In this document: piece by piece, positions 55,049 through 64,000 of the stretch
Layout of the letters: each line of letters begins with the position of its first letter
How positions within the stretch are numbered: position 1 is the stretch's first letter
NCBI GenBank assembly: GCA_963845755.1
Contig: CAWJTV010000049.1
Location: forward strand, 32,001 to 96,000
Length of the DNA stretch: 64,000 nucleotides
Direction: 5' to 3'
Source of the DNA: an uncultured Planctomycetota bacterium
GTDB lineage: Bacteria > Planctomycetota > Planctomycetia > Isosphaerales > Isosphaeraceae
The notes under the pieces: generated by a model
The model's input: only the letters and a program-made list of their open reading frames with translations
What the model was told of the DNA's origin: nothing
Databases searched by the model: none
Program-made: the position numbers and the translations under genes

Positions 55049-55483
55049 TCAAGTTGACAGGAAAACAGCCGGGCTTACGTGGAAATGCCGCGACAGCGCC
55101 TCGATGTGCTTTCGATTCAACTCGCGCTTGCCACCCAGGATCTCCGAGATCGTCGATTCGGCGATGCCAGTCGCTGCCGCCACCTTGGCCTGCGTCGTCT
55201 CCTGACTCTCGATCAGGAAACGGAAGAGATCAGCGCCGGAGCCGGACGGCATGGGCTCATGCTCGTCCTCATATTTCTCGACCAGATCGCTCAGGACGTC
55301 GAGGTAGTCTTCCTCATCCGAATTGCGCCGGGTTTGATCGAGCAGCGCATCGACCATCGCGATCGCGCGGTCCAACTCCACTTCAGAGCGAATCGGACGG
55401 AGCGGGACCTGCTGGACGAGTTCGAGATAACGATCGTTGACAATCCGCCCCGGTGCTTTTTTGGGGGTCTGAGACCGTGCCAT
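55049..55483 (-). CDS. higA: HigA-family antitoxin (Xre HTH)
   Basis: 'PIRSEVELDRA...DYLDVLSDLVEKYEDEH', 'TQAKVA...ESTISEILGGKRELNRKHIEALSRHFHVSPAVF'. Confidence 0.9.
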   Translation of the reverse strand: MARSQTPKKAPGRIVNDRYLELVQQVPLRPIRSEVELDRAIAMVDALLDQTRRNSDEEDYLDVLSDLVEKYEDEHEPMPSGSGADLFRFLIESQETTQAKVAAATGIAESTISEILGGKRELNRKHIEALSRHFHVSPAVFLST

Positions 55484-55508
55484 CTTTCTGTCTTTTCTCG
55501 ATAAGGAT

Positions 55509-55799
55509 TCAGGAATCTTTCCACGCACCACGGCTATAATCGGAATGAGTCAGGACATGGCGAACGAAAAGTTTTTGCCCCCGGTAATTGATCTCGGCAA
55601 TCAGCCTGTATTTGTTGCCACCGACATTGAAGACAATGTACTTACCGACTTGGTCTGCGGACGGAAAGACAGTCCGAATCTCGGCGAAAGTACTCCAGTC
55701 ATGATGTTTGGCAATACGGTACCATTGATCGAGAGGGCTCTTAGCCTCGGCGTGGATCTCCCAGAAGGTGCGCAATTTCTTCCTGGATATAACATGCAT
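55509..55799 (-). CDS. higB: HigB-family (RelE-like) toxin
   Basis: 'MHVISRKKLRTFWE.H', 'FPSADQVG..VFNVGGNKYRLI', 'VLTHSDY'; toxin precedes antitoxin. Confidence 0.93.
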   Translation of the reverse strand: MHVISRKKLRTFWEIHAEAKSPLDQWYRIAKHHDWSTFAEIRTVFPSADQVGKYIVFNVGGNKYRLIAEINYRGQKLFVRHVLTHSDYSRGAWKDS

Positions 55800-55950
55800 A
55801 ACAGATTAGATTCCTCACCGTTTTCGAATATTTGATTTGTGATTATTATTTTCTAATTATTAACATTAATTAATTCTAGAAACATAGTTCCCGGGTTGTC
55901 CTTGCGAGAACGTGTCTTTGGTTTACTTTACCTCCTATATTATACGGAGC
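55800..55950. promoter_or_regulatory. AT-rich divergent promoter region (higBA / pcm)
   Basis: Strikingly AT-rich tract with palindromes ATTAATTAAT and TTCTAGAA upstream of higB. Confidence 0.45.
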
Positions 55951-56119
55951 TAGCCCCTTATCGGCCAAGGTTTTCTGAGCAGAACGGTCGATTTCCCCAG
56001 TTGTTTCCTGCATGCACTCTTCTGTGGCCACTCCGGCAATCGGACGACGTCACAATCTTACTTCGCAAAACGCGAACTTTCAAGCTCGAGATTCGCAGAT
56101 TGTGAAGAAAGGCCGTTCC

Positions 56120-56887
56120 ATGAACACGCGACATTTCCGCCGGCTTCAGATGGCCGCAGTCGGGTCGATCATGATTGCGGCGCTCGTATTCGTCATGACC
56201 TCGGCCGGGGGCTTCCTCGGGACCCAGTCGGAGCCGACCCAGGCGGCGCGTAGGGAGGCGATGGTCAAGACCCAGCTCGAAGGGCGCGGGATCAAGGACA
56301 AGGCCGTGCTGGCGGCATTGCGGAAGGTGCCACGGCATCGTTTCGTGCCGGCACTCTGGCAGGGGCGCGCGTATCACGACGGCCCGCTGCCGATCGGCGA
56401 CGGGCAGACGATCTCGCAGCCGTATATCGTCGCCTGGATGACTGAATTGATCGAGCCGAAGAAGGGGATGCGTGTGCTCGAGATCGGGACAGGCTCGGGT
56501 TACCAGGCGGCCATCCTGGCCGAGTGCGTCGGCGAGGTCGATACGATCGAAGTGGTCCCGGCCCTGGGTCGGAAGGCCGATGGCTTGCTCCGCGAGCTGG
56601 ATTATCGCAACATCCGGACTCGGATCGGCGATGGCTATGCGGGATGGCCCGAGCGCGGGCCTTTCGACGCGATCCTCCTGACTGCGGCCCCGCCCGTCGA
56701 TGTGCCGAAGCCGCTGCTCGACCAGCTCAAAGTCGGCGGACGCCTTGTGGCTCCCGTCGGTCGGGACGAGCAAAACCTCGTACGGATCACCAAGACCGAG
56801 ACGGGGCTGAAGCGCGAGATCTTGGATCCGGTGCGGTTCGTGCCGATGACTGGTAAGGCTCAGGACGATCGCGGAAAGGGCGATTGA
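56120..56887 (+). CDS. pcm: Protein-L-isoaspartate O-methyltransferase
   Basis: 'VPRHRFVP', 'GQTISQPYIVAWM', 'VLEIGTGSGYQAA', 'GPFDAILLTAA', 'VRFVPM'. Confidence 0.95.
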   Translation: MNTRHFRRLQMAAVGSIMIAALVFVMTSAGGFLGTQSEPTQAARREAMVKTQLEGRGIKDKAVLAALRKVPRHRFVPALWQGRAYHDGPLPIGDGQTISQPYIVAWMTELIEPKKGMRVLEIGTGSGYQAAILAECVGEVDTIEVVPALGRKADGLLRELDYRNIRTRIGDGYAGWPERGPFDAILLTAAPPVDVPKPLLDQLKVGGRLVAPVGRDEQNLVRITKTETGLKREILDPVRFVPMTGKAQDDRGKGD

Positions 56888-57543
56888 CGGCCGAGGGCAA
56901 GCATCCGATCGATGCCGGCGCGGAATTGAGCGAAGGCGCGGGCGCGATGGCTGAGCTGATGCTTGACCAGCGCGGAGAGCTCACCGAACGTCTGATGGTA
57001 TTCGGGGATGAGGAAGAGGGGATCGTAACCGAATCCGCGGAAACCTCGCGGCTCTCGGGTCAGCCGGCCGCGACAGGCACCCTCGGCCTCGAGTTGAATC
57101 GTCCCCGAGGGATCGGCCAGCGCCAGGCAACAACGGAACGCGGCGCCGCGACGCACGTCGGGGACGTTGGCGAGGGCGGCCAGTAGTTTGCGGTTGTTGG
57201 CCTCGTCGTCGCTCGGTTCGCCGGCATAACGCGCGGAGAATACGCCCGGGGCTCCTCCGAGCGCATCGACGGTCAGGCCGGAATCATCGGCGACCACCCA
57301 GACTCCCAGCGCCGTTGCGGTCTCGGACGCTTTCTTCCGGGCATTTCCCGAGAATGTGTCGGCGTCTTCGACGACCTCCGGAACATGCGGGAACTCCGCC
57401 AGCGAATGAATCTCTAGCCGATCGAGCCGCGGTTTCGCGTCCCACGGCGGCGCGATCAGCTCGGCCATTTCGCGGCATTTCTTTCGATTGCGCGATCCGA
57501 GGACCAGAATGATGCACGATCTCGGTGATTCCGGATCCGTCAT
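56860..57543 (-). CDS. rdgB: Non-canonical purine NTP pyrophosphatase (RdgB/HAM1)
   Basis: 'SRNRKKCRE', 'ADDSGL.VDALGGAPGVFSARYAG', 'GFGYDPLF', 'KHQLSHRARA'. Confidence 0.93.
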   Translation of the reverse strand: MTDPESPRSCIILVLGSRNRKKCREMAELIAPPWDAKPRLDRLEIHSLAEFPHVPEVVEDADTFSGNARKKASETATALGVWVVADDSGLTVDALGGAPGVFSARYAGEPSDDEANNRKLLAALANVPDVRRGAAFRCCLALADPSGTIQLEAEGACRGRLTREPRGFRGFGYDPLFLIPEYHQTFGELSALVKHQLSHRARAFAQFRAGIDRMLALGRQSPFPRSS

Positions 57544-57675
57544 GATGAATGGCTCACCGCACGAGGGACCGGCTTCGCGGATCCGTTCCGTCGAAGCGTG
57601 GTTTGTCATCGCGATCGCCGCGCACACCACGACGCGGGACAATCCATGATCCTTCCCGCCTCGGCTGCGCCGCAA

Positions 57676-57738
57676 CGGGAATCCGGATTCCGAATTCCCA
57701 ATTCTTCCCGCAATGGGAGGATCGGGAATCGGGAATCC
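57676..57738. repeat. Short degenerate heptamer (GATTCC/GGAATC) inverted tract
   Basis: GGATTCC GAATTCC CAATTCT followed by GGAATCG GGAATCC; related to the 16502 tract. Confidence 0.55.
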
Positions 57739-57788
57739 TTGCAACCGCACGATGCGCGCATGGCGCGGGGGATCTCCGCCATGGGCCA

Positions 57789-58958
57789 CTACCTCTGGAG
57801 CCCGGCCTTCATCACCTCGACATCGGTCAAGCTCGGGGCTGGTACCATCATGATGTCGGTGGAGTCTCCTCTGCCGATGGGTAGCATGCGGTCCTTCTTA
57901 TTAGCAACGGCCCAGGCGCATTTCAACAACTCGTTGCGTACGGCGACAGCCGAGGGGTCATCCGGCGCGTTGAAGGCCCCGATGAAGACGCGACTGGAGG
58001 TGCGGTCATGATAGACGAAGACCGGCTGACCGATGCGCTGGACCTCGGGAGACCGGGAGAGCTTGTCGGCCATTCGCTCGGCATCGTCGTGAGCGGTCTT
58101 GAGCGGGCTCTCCTTGAGGTTGAGCACACCGGTTGCCGTCTGCCCCTGATTGCCGTTGAGGTCGTAGCTGGTCCGGCCGGAGAACTGCGCGACTTGCAGG
58201 CTGTAATGGCCCGGGCAGTGCGCGAGACTTCGGAGCCCGTGATTCATCTGGATGACCAGCTTGTCCGGGGCCTTCGGGTAGAGATGTTGCGCCGGGATGT
58301 AAGGATTGGTCGTCCGGAGCGCCCGGCTCAGACCATGTCGCCACTGCCAGAGATGGGGCATCTCTTTCAGACACTTGGGATCCAGCTTCTTGACCTTGTT
58401 GAGGAGGATCTCGGTCGCGGCCAGGGTCTTCTCATTCCCGACCAGCACGGCGGCCTCGTCGTGAGTCCGCACGGCCTCGGGCTGCTTGATCACGGATCGC
58501 ATCGTCACACTGGGCGCAGTGGGTGGCGTGCCACGGATGTAGCTGCGCATCGGGAAATCCTTGGTTCGCAAGATGTAGGCCGGCAGGCCGAAGTCATTGC
58601 GGAGCTCCAGGCACAAGGCCAGCGCCATTTTTTCGGCGTCCGGTCCGCGGAACACCTTGGCCATGATCATGAACGGACCATTCTCCTTGGTCAGGAGGTA
58701 GGGTTCGAGCGGGTCGTCGGGCAGGACCATCTTCGGTGGCGTCTTGAGCTGGTCCAGGGGCGCCGGACCGGGCACGTTCGCGCCGGAATAGACCTTGGGC
58801 TCGCCCGGCACAGGGGGAGGCGACCGGTCCCCGCCTGTTGGCGGCGGGGTCCTGGGTGTGGGCATCCCGGTGGTGGGACCGGGCTGCGGCGTCTGTGCCC
58901 AGGTCGGGATGGGCGAAAGGGCCAGGCACAACGTCAAGGCAGCGATCGGAGATCTCAT
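57789..58958 (-). CDS. Secreted planctomycete hypothetical protein
   Basis: Signal peptide ending TWA-Q; Pro-rich N-terminus; 'YLLTKENGPFMIMAKVF', 'VYHDRTSSRVFIGAF'. Confidence 0.75.
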   Translation of the reverse strand: MRSPIAALTLCLALSPIPTWAQTPQPGPTTGMPTPRTPPPTGGDRSPPPVPGEPKVYSGANVPGPAPLDQLKTPPKMVLPDDPLEPYLLTKENGPFMIMAKVFRGPDAEKMALALCLELRNDFGLPAYILRTKDFPMRSYIRGTPPTAPSVTMRSVIKQPEAVRTHDEAAVLVGNEKTLAATEILLNKVKKLDPKCLKEMPHLWQWRHGLSRALRTTNPYIPAQHLYPKAPDKLVIQMNHGLRSLAHCPGHYSLQVAQFSGRTSYDLNGNQGQTATGVLNLKESPLKTAHDDAERMADKLSRSPEVQRIGQPVFVYHDRTSSRVFIGAFNAPDDPSAVAVRNELLKCAWAVANKKDRMLPIGRGDSTDIMMVPAPSLTDVEVMKAGLQR

Positions 58959-59219
58959 GGGCGATCCCTCTTTTCACACGTCGGCGCAGTCGCGACCGCG
59001 GTCGCGGTCGGAACACGCCGAGCTTGGAGCGCGGAGCCCCAACGTCTTGTCGAGGCTCCTCACTTTCCTCTTATCACACTCGCGAGAACGCCGGAGTCGA
59101 CGGGAAAGGAGCGCGAGCGGCTCGTTCCGGCGGAGAACCCCCGACTACCTAGCAAATATCGGCCGATCGGCCCAGGGGACTTTCGCGGATTTGAACGAAT
59201 ATACCGATTATCTGGAGGG

Positions 59220-59937
59220 TCAGTCCCCGATGGGCCAGTCCGGACCAAGGCATTCGCACTGGAGCCGAGTCAACTGGTCGATGCCCGCCTCGGCGAGATC
59301 CAGAAGCGCATCGAGCTGTCCGCGCGAGAACGTGCCCCCTTCGCCGGTCCCCTGGACCTCGACGAGTCCGCTACGCCCCAGGCGAACGATGTTGATGTCC
59401 ACCTCAGCGTTGGAGTCCTCCGAGTAGTCGAGATCGAGGACGAACTCGCCGGCGACGATCCCCGCGCTGACGGCCGCGATGCTGTCGCGGAGGATCGCGC
59501 GACAGGAATCGGCCCGATGGCGACTTAGCGCGTCGGCGACGGCGACGAATGCGGCCGTGATGGCCGCCGTGCGTGTCCCGCCGTCGGCATTGAGTACGTC
59601 GGTGTCCACATGGATCGTGGCGGGCCCGAGCGCCTTGCGGTTGACGACGGCTCGCAGGCTCCGGCCGATGAGCCGCTGGATCTCGGTGGCGCGGCCCATC
59701 GCCGCCGCGCCGCGACCGCGTCGGAGTGCTCCCGGGGAGCATTGCATACTCGGCCGTCAGCCAGCCGATCCCCTTGCCTTCGAGGAACGGCGGTACCGTT
59801 TCCGAGATCTGTGCGGTCGCCAGCACGACCGTCGCGCCCGAGCGATAGAGCACGCTGCCAGGGCTGTTGGGTAAATAGCGGCGCTCGATCGTGACGGGCC
59901 TGAGCTGATCGGCTTGACGTCCATCTTTACGCGTCAT
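59220..59937 (-). CDS. rph: Ribonuclease PH; frameshift(s) near 59700-59745
   Basis: 'RKDGRQADQLRP', 'GWLTAEYAMLP', 'GRATEIQRLIGRSLRAV', 'ADGGTRTAAIT', 'LDLDYSEDSNAEVD', 'EVQGTGE'. Confidence 0.95.
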
Positions 59938-59959
59938 GGTGGTTGGGGTCCCGTAGCCT

Positions 59960-60885
59960 TCAGTCGGACTCTTCGGCCAGGAGCCAGATCAGCAAGGCCA
60001 TTTGGAAATGGAGCCGGTTTGCTGCCTGGAGGATGACCCGGCTGTGAGGGCCGTCGAGCACGCTCGAGGTCACTTCCTCGCCACGGTGGGCGGGGAGGCA
60101 GTGGAGGAAGACCACATCGGATTTGGCCCGAGAGATCAAGGCTTCGTTGACCTGGTAGGGCTCGAAGACCTGCCGACGCTCCTCGGCCTCGTGTTCCTGG
60201 CCCATGCTCGCCCAAACGTCAGTGTAGACCACGTCGGCGCCGACGACCGCCGAGCGCGGATCGGGGTCGACCCATAGGGGTCTCCCGGGGAACCTCGCTT
60301 CGTACGGCGCTCGGAAAGCCTCTGGAAAAGCGTATCCGGCCGGGCGCACAGCAGAAACTCGGCGTCCAGCAGGGACGAGGCACAGGCCAACGACCTCGCC
60401 ACGTTGTTTCCCTCGCCGACGAAGACGATCTTCTGGCCGCGGGCCGTCCCCCTCAGTTCCACGATCGTCATCATGTCGGCCATCGCCTGGCACGGATGTG
60501 AGGCATCCGATAGCGCGTTGATCACGGGGATCCCGGCCGAGCAGGCGAGTTCCTCGACCGTGGCCTGGGAAAAAGTCCGGATCGCCAGCGCATCGACATA
60601 TTGACCCAGGACGCGTGCACAATCAGCAACGCTTTCACGGATACCCAGGCCGACGTCCTCTCCCCGGAGGAAGATCGCGTTCCCGCCCAGCCGGGCGATG
60701 GCCGCCTCGAAGCTCACGCGGGTCCGGAGCGAGGGTTTCTCGAAGATCAGGCCGAGGGTCCGCCCCGACAAGAGTGCGGGGCGTCGTCCGCTCCGTTCCT
60801 CTCGTTTGAGTTCAAGTGCGCGCTGGATGAGCGAACGAGCGTCAACTTCTGAGAGGTTCAGGAGGTCCACGAAGTGGCGGAGCAT
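59960..60885 (-). CDS. argF: Ornithine carbamoyltransferase; frameshift(s) near 60300-60345
   Basis: '[13 protein letters not shown]', 'HPCQAMAD', '[11 protein letters not shown]', '[13 protein letters not shown]'. Confidence 0.95.
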
Positions 60886-60903
60886 GGCCGGATCCCATCG
60901 ATT

Positions 60904-62181
60904 TCAGGCCGCGGCTTGACGCAAGACATCGGCCAGGATAGCACACCCCGCGTCGATCTGTTCGTCGGTAATCGTCAAGGCAGGCAGCAGGCGGATGACC
61001 GTCCCATGGGTCGCGTTGATGAGGAGCCGCCGGTCCGTGGCCGCTGCGACGACGTCGGTCGCCTCGACGGTCAGCTCCAGGCCAATCATGGTGCCGCGGA
61101 TGCGAATCTCGCGGATCAGATCGGGAAGCTCGGCGTGAAGGGCATCGAACCGGTTGCGGAATCGCTCGCCGATCGCGATACCTCGCTCGAGAAGCCCCTC
61201 CTCCTCGATGGTCTCCACGGCGGCCAGCGCCGCGCGGCAGGCGATGGGATTGCCACCGAAAGTCGAGGCGTGCATCCCGGGTTTGAATGCCGCGGCGACA
61301 GCGGGTCGCGCCATCATCACACCGGCCGCGAGCCCGCCGGCCAGTGCCTTGGCGCAGGTCAGGATGTCCGGGACCACGCCCTGGTGCTGATAGCCGAACC
61401 ATCGGCCCGTTCGCCCCATGCCTGTCTGAACCTCGTCGAGGATCAGGAGCACACCCCGGTGGTCGCACAGTTGGCGGAGACCAGACAGGTAATCGGGATC
61501 GGGGACGTTGATCCCCCCTTCGCCCTGGATCGGCTCGACCAGGACGGCTGCTGTCTGATCGTCGAGCACCTCGGCGACGGCGCCGAGGTCGTTGTACGGC
61601 ACATAGAGGAAGCCGGGAACCATCGGCTCGAACCCGACATGGTACTTGGGTTGGGCCGTCGCCGTCAGGGCGGCGTAGGTACGGCCGTGGAATCCGCCCT
61701 CCATCGTCACGATCTTGAACCGGCCTCGCTCGTGACCGAAAACCCGCGCCAGCTTGATCGCCGCCTCGTTGGCTTCCGCGCCGCTGTTGCAGAAGAAGCA
61801 CTGGCCGCCGAAGGACCGCTTCGAAAGCACCTCGGCCAGTTCCCCTTGAGGCTCCATGTACCAGGTGTTGGGCACGTGGATCAACCGGCCGACCTGCTCG
61901 CGGACTGCCTCGACGACCCTGGGCGGACAGTGACCCAGCAGGTTGCAGCCCCAGCCCGGGAAGAAGTCGAGGTAACGGTTTCCCTCGGCGTCCCAGACCC
62001 ACGACCCCTCACCGCGTACGAGGCAGACGGGGAACCGCCGGTAGTTGGGGATCACATACCGCTCGAACTGAGCGATGGTTTCCTGGGAACTCGCGTTTGC
62101 GGGCGGCTTCAAGGAAGCTCTCCTCGATAGACACTGTTTCGTACTTGAACGATTTATTAACTGAACACGGAAGACCGGCAC
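60904..62181 (-). CDS. argD: Acetylornithine aminotransferase (start uncertain, may be near 62110-62130)
   Basis: 'FFCNSGAEANEAAIKLAR', 'FHGRT', 'EPIQGEGG', 'DEVQTGMGRTG', 'AKALAGG', 'HASTFGGNP'. Confidence 0.93.
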   Translation of the reverse strand: MPVFRVQLINRSSTKQCLSRRASLKPPANASSQETIAQFERYVIPNYRRFPVCLVRGEGSWVWDAEGNRYLDFFPGWGCNLLGHCPPRVVEAVREQVGRLIHVPNTWYMEPQGELAEVLSKRSFGGQCFFCNSGAEANEAAIKLARVFGHERGRFKIVTMEGGFHGRTYAALTATAQPKYHVGFEPMVPGFLYVPYNDLGAVAEVLDDQTAAVLVEPIQGEGGINVPDPDYLSGLRQLCDHRGVLLILDEVQTGMGRTGRWFGYQHQGVVPDILTCAKALAGGLAAGVMMARPAVAAAFKPGMHASTFGGNPIACRAALAAVETIEEEGLLERGIAIGERFRNRFDALHAELPDLIREIRIRGTMIGLELTVEATDVVAAATDRRLLINATHGTVIRLLPALTITDEQIDAGCAILADVLRQAAA

Positions 62182-62188
62182 GAAGCGA

Positions 62189-63133
62189 CTACGACCGCGC
62201 CAGGACCGGGCGGCGGCCCGAGAGCGAGGAATTCGGGGAGTTCTCTTTGTGGACGATCTCCGTGCCGATCCCCATGTGTGTGAAGATCTCGAGTAGCAAG
62301 GCGTGAGGCAGGCGACCGTTGACGATGTGCGTCTTCTGCACGCCGGCTTCCAGGCTGGTGAGGCAGGCCTCGACTTTCGGGATCATCCCGCGGTCGATCA
62401 CGCCTCGGTCGATCAGGACGCGACACTCGTCGGGGGTCAGACCCGGGATCAAGCTGCCGGGTTCGGCTTTATCAAGAAGGATGCCGGGCGTATCGGTCAG
62501 GAATACCAGCTTCTCGGCCTTGAGGAACCGGGCGACAGCCGCGGCGGCGGTGTCGGCGTTGACGTTGAGCAACTGGCCTTCTTGCGATTCGTCCTCGGCC
62601 AGCGAGGGCAGCACGGGTACAACGCCAGCCAGGCAGAGATTCTCGATCGGCTTCGTGTTGACCTCGGTCACCTCGCCGACAAGCCCCAGGTCCACCGAAT
62701 CCCCGTTCGTGCCGGAGAGCGCGAGTTTCCGGCCATAGAGGCACTGAAGCGTCGCCTTGTGGTGCAGCCCGGATGCCCGGCCACCGAACTTGTTGATATG
62801 CCGCACGATGTCGGCATTGATCTCCTCCGCCAGCACCCGTGCCACGATCTCGAGGGTGGCTTCGTCGGTATATCGCCGGCCCTGGACGAAACGAGCGGTG
62901 AGGCCCGCTTTCTCCATCGCCACAGTGATCGCTTTCCCTCCGCCGTGGACGACCACCGGACGCATTCCGACCGTCTGCATGAACACCACGTTGACCAGCA
63001 GGGCGCGAAGCGACTCGGGGTCTTCCATCACCGAGCCCCCCAGCTTGATCACGGTATACCGCCCGTGGAACTGCCGGATGTAGCCCAGCGCCTCGATCAA
63101 GACATCCGCCTTGCGGATCGCTTCCTCATGCAC
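62189..63133 (-). CDS. argB: Acetylglutamate kinase
   Basis: 'VIKLGGS', 'VVHGGG', 'GRRYTD', 'NVNADTAA', 'GMIPKVEAC', 'LLEIFT..GIGT'. Confidence 0.96.
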   Translation of the reverse strand: MHEEAIRKADVLIEALGYIRQFHGRYTVIKLGGSVMEDPESLRALLVNVVFMQTVGMRPVVVHGGGKAITVAMEKAGLTARFVQGRRYTDEATLEIVARVLAEEINADIVRHINKFGGRASGLHHKATLQCLYGRKLALSGTNGDSVDLGLVGEVTEVNTKPIENLCLAGVVPVLPSLAEDESQEGQLLNVNADTAAAAVARFLKAEKLVFLTDTPGILLDKAEPGSLIPGLTPDECRVLIDRGVIDRGMIPKVEACLTSLEAGVQKTHIVNGRLPHALLLEIFTHMGIGTEIVHKENSPNSSLSGRRPVLARS

Positions 63134-63306
63134 GGCGATGTTCCCTCCTATCCTCGTCGGGCCAGCTCACGAGCAAACTGTATATCATTCCTTGTCCCGG
63201 ACGACTTGTAAAGATCCGTCCGGCCAAGGTATTCGAGGCGAGTTGAGGCTCGATCCCCGACCGATCACACAGGTCGAAACGACAGTTCTTGATCACTGCG
63301 CAGGAT

Positions 63307-63771
63307 TCATAAAGGATCGGCCATCCAGTGGATGATCGAGGCCTGAGGATTGGTCCTCATGGCATCGTAGAACGCGCGATCGGCCGTAACCAGACGGCAT
63401 CCCAAAATACGAGCGAGGGCCAGGTAAGAGCTATCGTACACAGTGGCCCGTTTCGGGCCGACTGCCAGGTCATACGCGTCCCTCAAGAGCGGCGCCATCG
63501 GATGCACGATCAGCGGGACGTTCAGCAGCAGATTCAGGATCCTGCGACCTTCCTCGACGGTGATTTCGGGCACTTTCAGTATGCGGGCCTTCTTCCAGAG
63601 GATGTTGCCGAACTCGGCGAAGAACAACTCGGGGACATGCAGCGAGTACGATGGATCGAGGACGCACTTGGCCTCAACTTCCAGAACCTCGGGGACATAC
63701 CACTTGATGGCGACCCCGGCGTCGATCACGAGGTCGGTAGTCACCAGTCCCGGCGGCATAGGCCCACTCAT
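63307..63771 (-). CDS. vapC: VapC-family PIN-domain toxin
   Basis: 'VIDAGVAIKWYVPE', 'EFGNILWKK', 'TVYDSSYLALA', 'LVTAD'. Confidence 0.9.
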   Translation of the reverse strand: MSGPMPPGLVTTDLVIDAGVAIKWYVPEVLEVEAKCVLDPSYSLHVPELFFAEFGNILWKKARILKVPEITVEEGRRILNLLLNVPLIVHPMAPLLRDAYDLAVGPKRATVYDSSYLALARILGCRLVTADRAFYDAMRTNPQASIIHWMADPL

Positions 63772-64000
63772 CGGGACCGATCCTCGCGCACCAACTCCGC
63801 GCTGTCGGTGTGCGCTCGTCCCTCCAGGCTACGCGTCATTTCCTCGGCGAGCGCACTGCGCTGTGGTCATCGCCATCTGTTTGGCCGCCTGCTCCACAAT
63901 CATCCTTAACTCCACGCCCAGAGTGCGACCGTTCAATCGCGCCCGCTCCTTCAGCCGTGCCACGGCGGTCTCGTCAACGTCGCGGACGAGTAGATCCGGC
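63768..64000 (-). CDS. FitA-like ribbon-helix-helix antitoxin (start codon runs off window; frameshift near 63855)
   Basis: Manual translation: PDLLVRDVDETAVARLKERARLNGRTLGVELRMIVEQAA...HTDSAELVREDRSR*; ATGA overlap with vapC; absent from the ORF track. Confidence 0.85.

Overview
High-GC bacterial chromosomal window whose gene content points to a planctomycete, probably Isosphaeraceae (inference). Supporting genes are a DUF1559 prepilin-like gene, CRTAC1/ASPIC-UnbV proteins, a membrane-anchored ECF sigma factor with WD40 repeats, a PVC-type heme-binding protein, a PEP-CTERM protein and an 'MRLPRVRFTIR' leader. It carries housekeeping genes (ilvD, kduD-like SDR, fcl, pcm, rdgB, rph, argF/D/B), several secreted hydrolases and repeat proteins, three complete IS elements with recognisable ends, two MITE/REP-like elements, heptamer repeat tracts, and two conventional TA modules (HigBA, FitA/VapC). 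About 20 genes, including rph and argF, are split by single-base frameshifts, most simply explained by uncorrected long-read indels. The best candidates for undescribed systems are two compact, lower-GC, translationally coupled two-gene cassettes, each led by a small protein with ADP-ribosyltransferase-like motifs. At 9112-10412 an R-S-E-type ART-like protein pairs with a Cys/His-rich unknown protein. At 20362-22034 a Tse2-like R-S-H protein pairs with a TPR protein. No rRNA, tRNA or CRISPR array was seen. All family calls come from motif recognition by eye; no database search was run.
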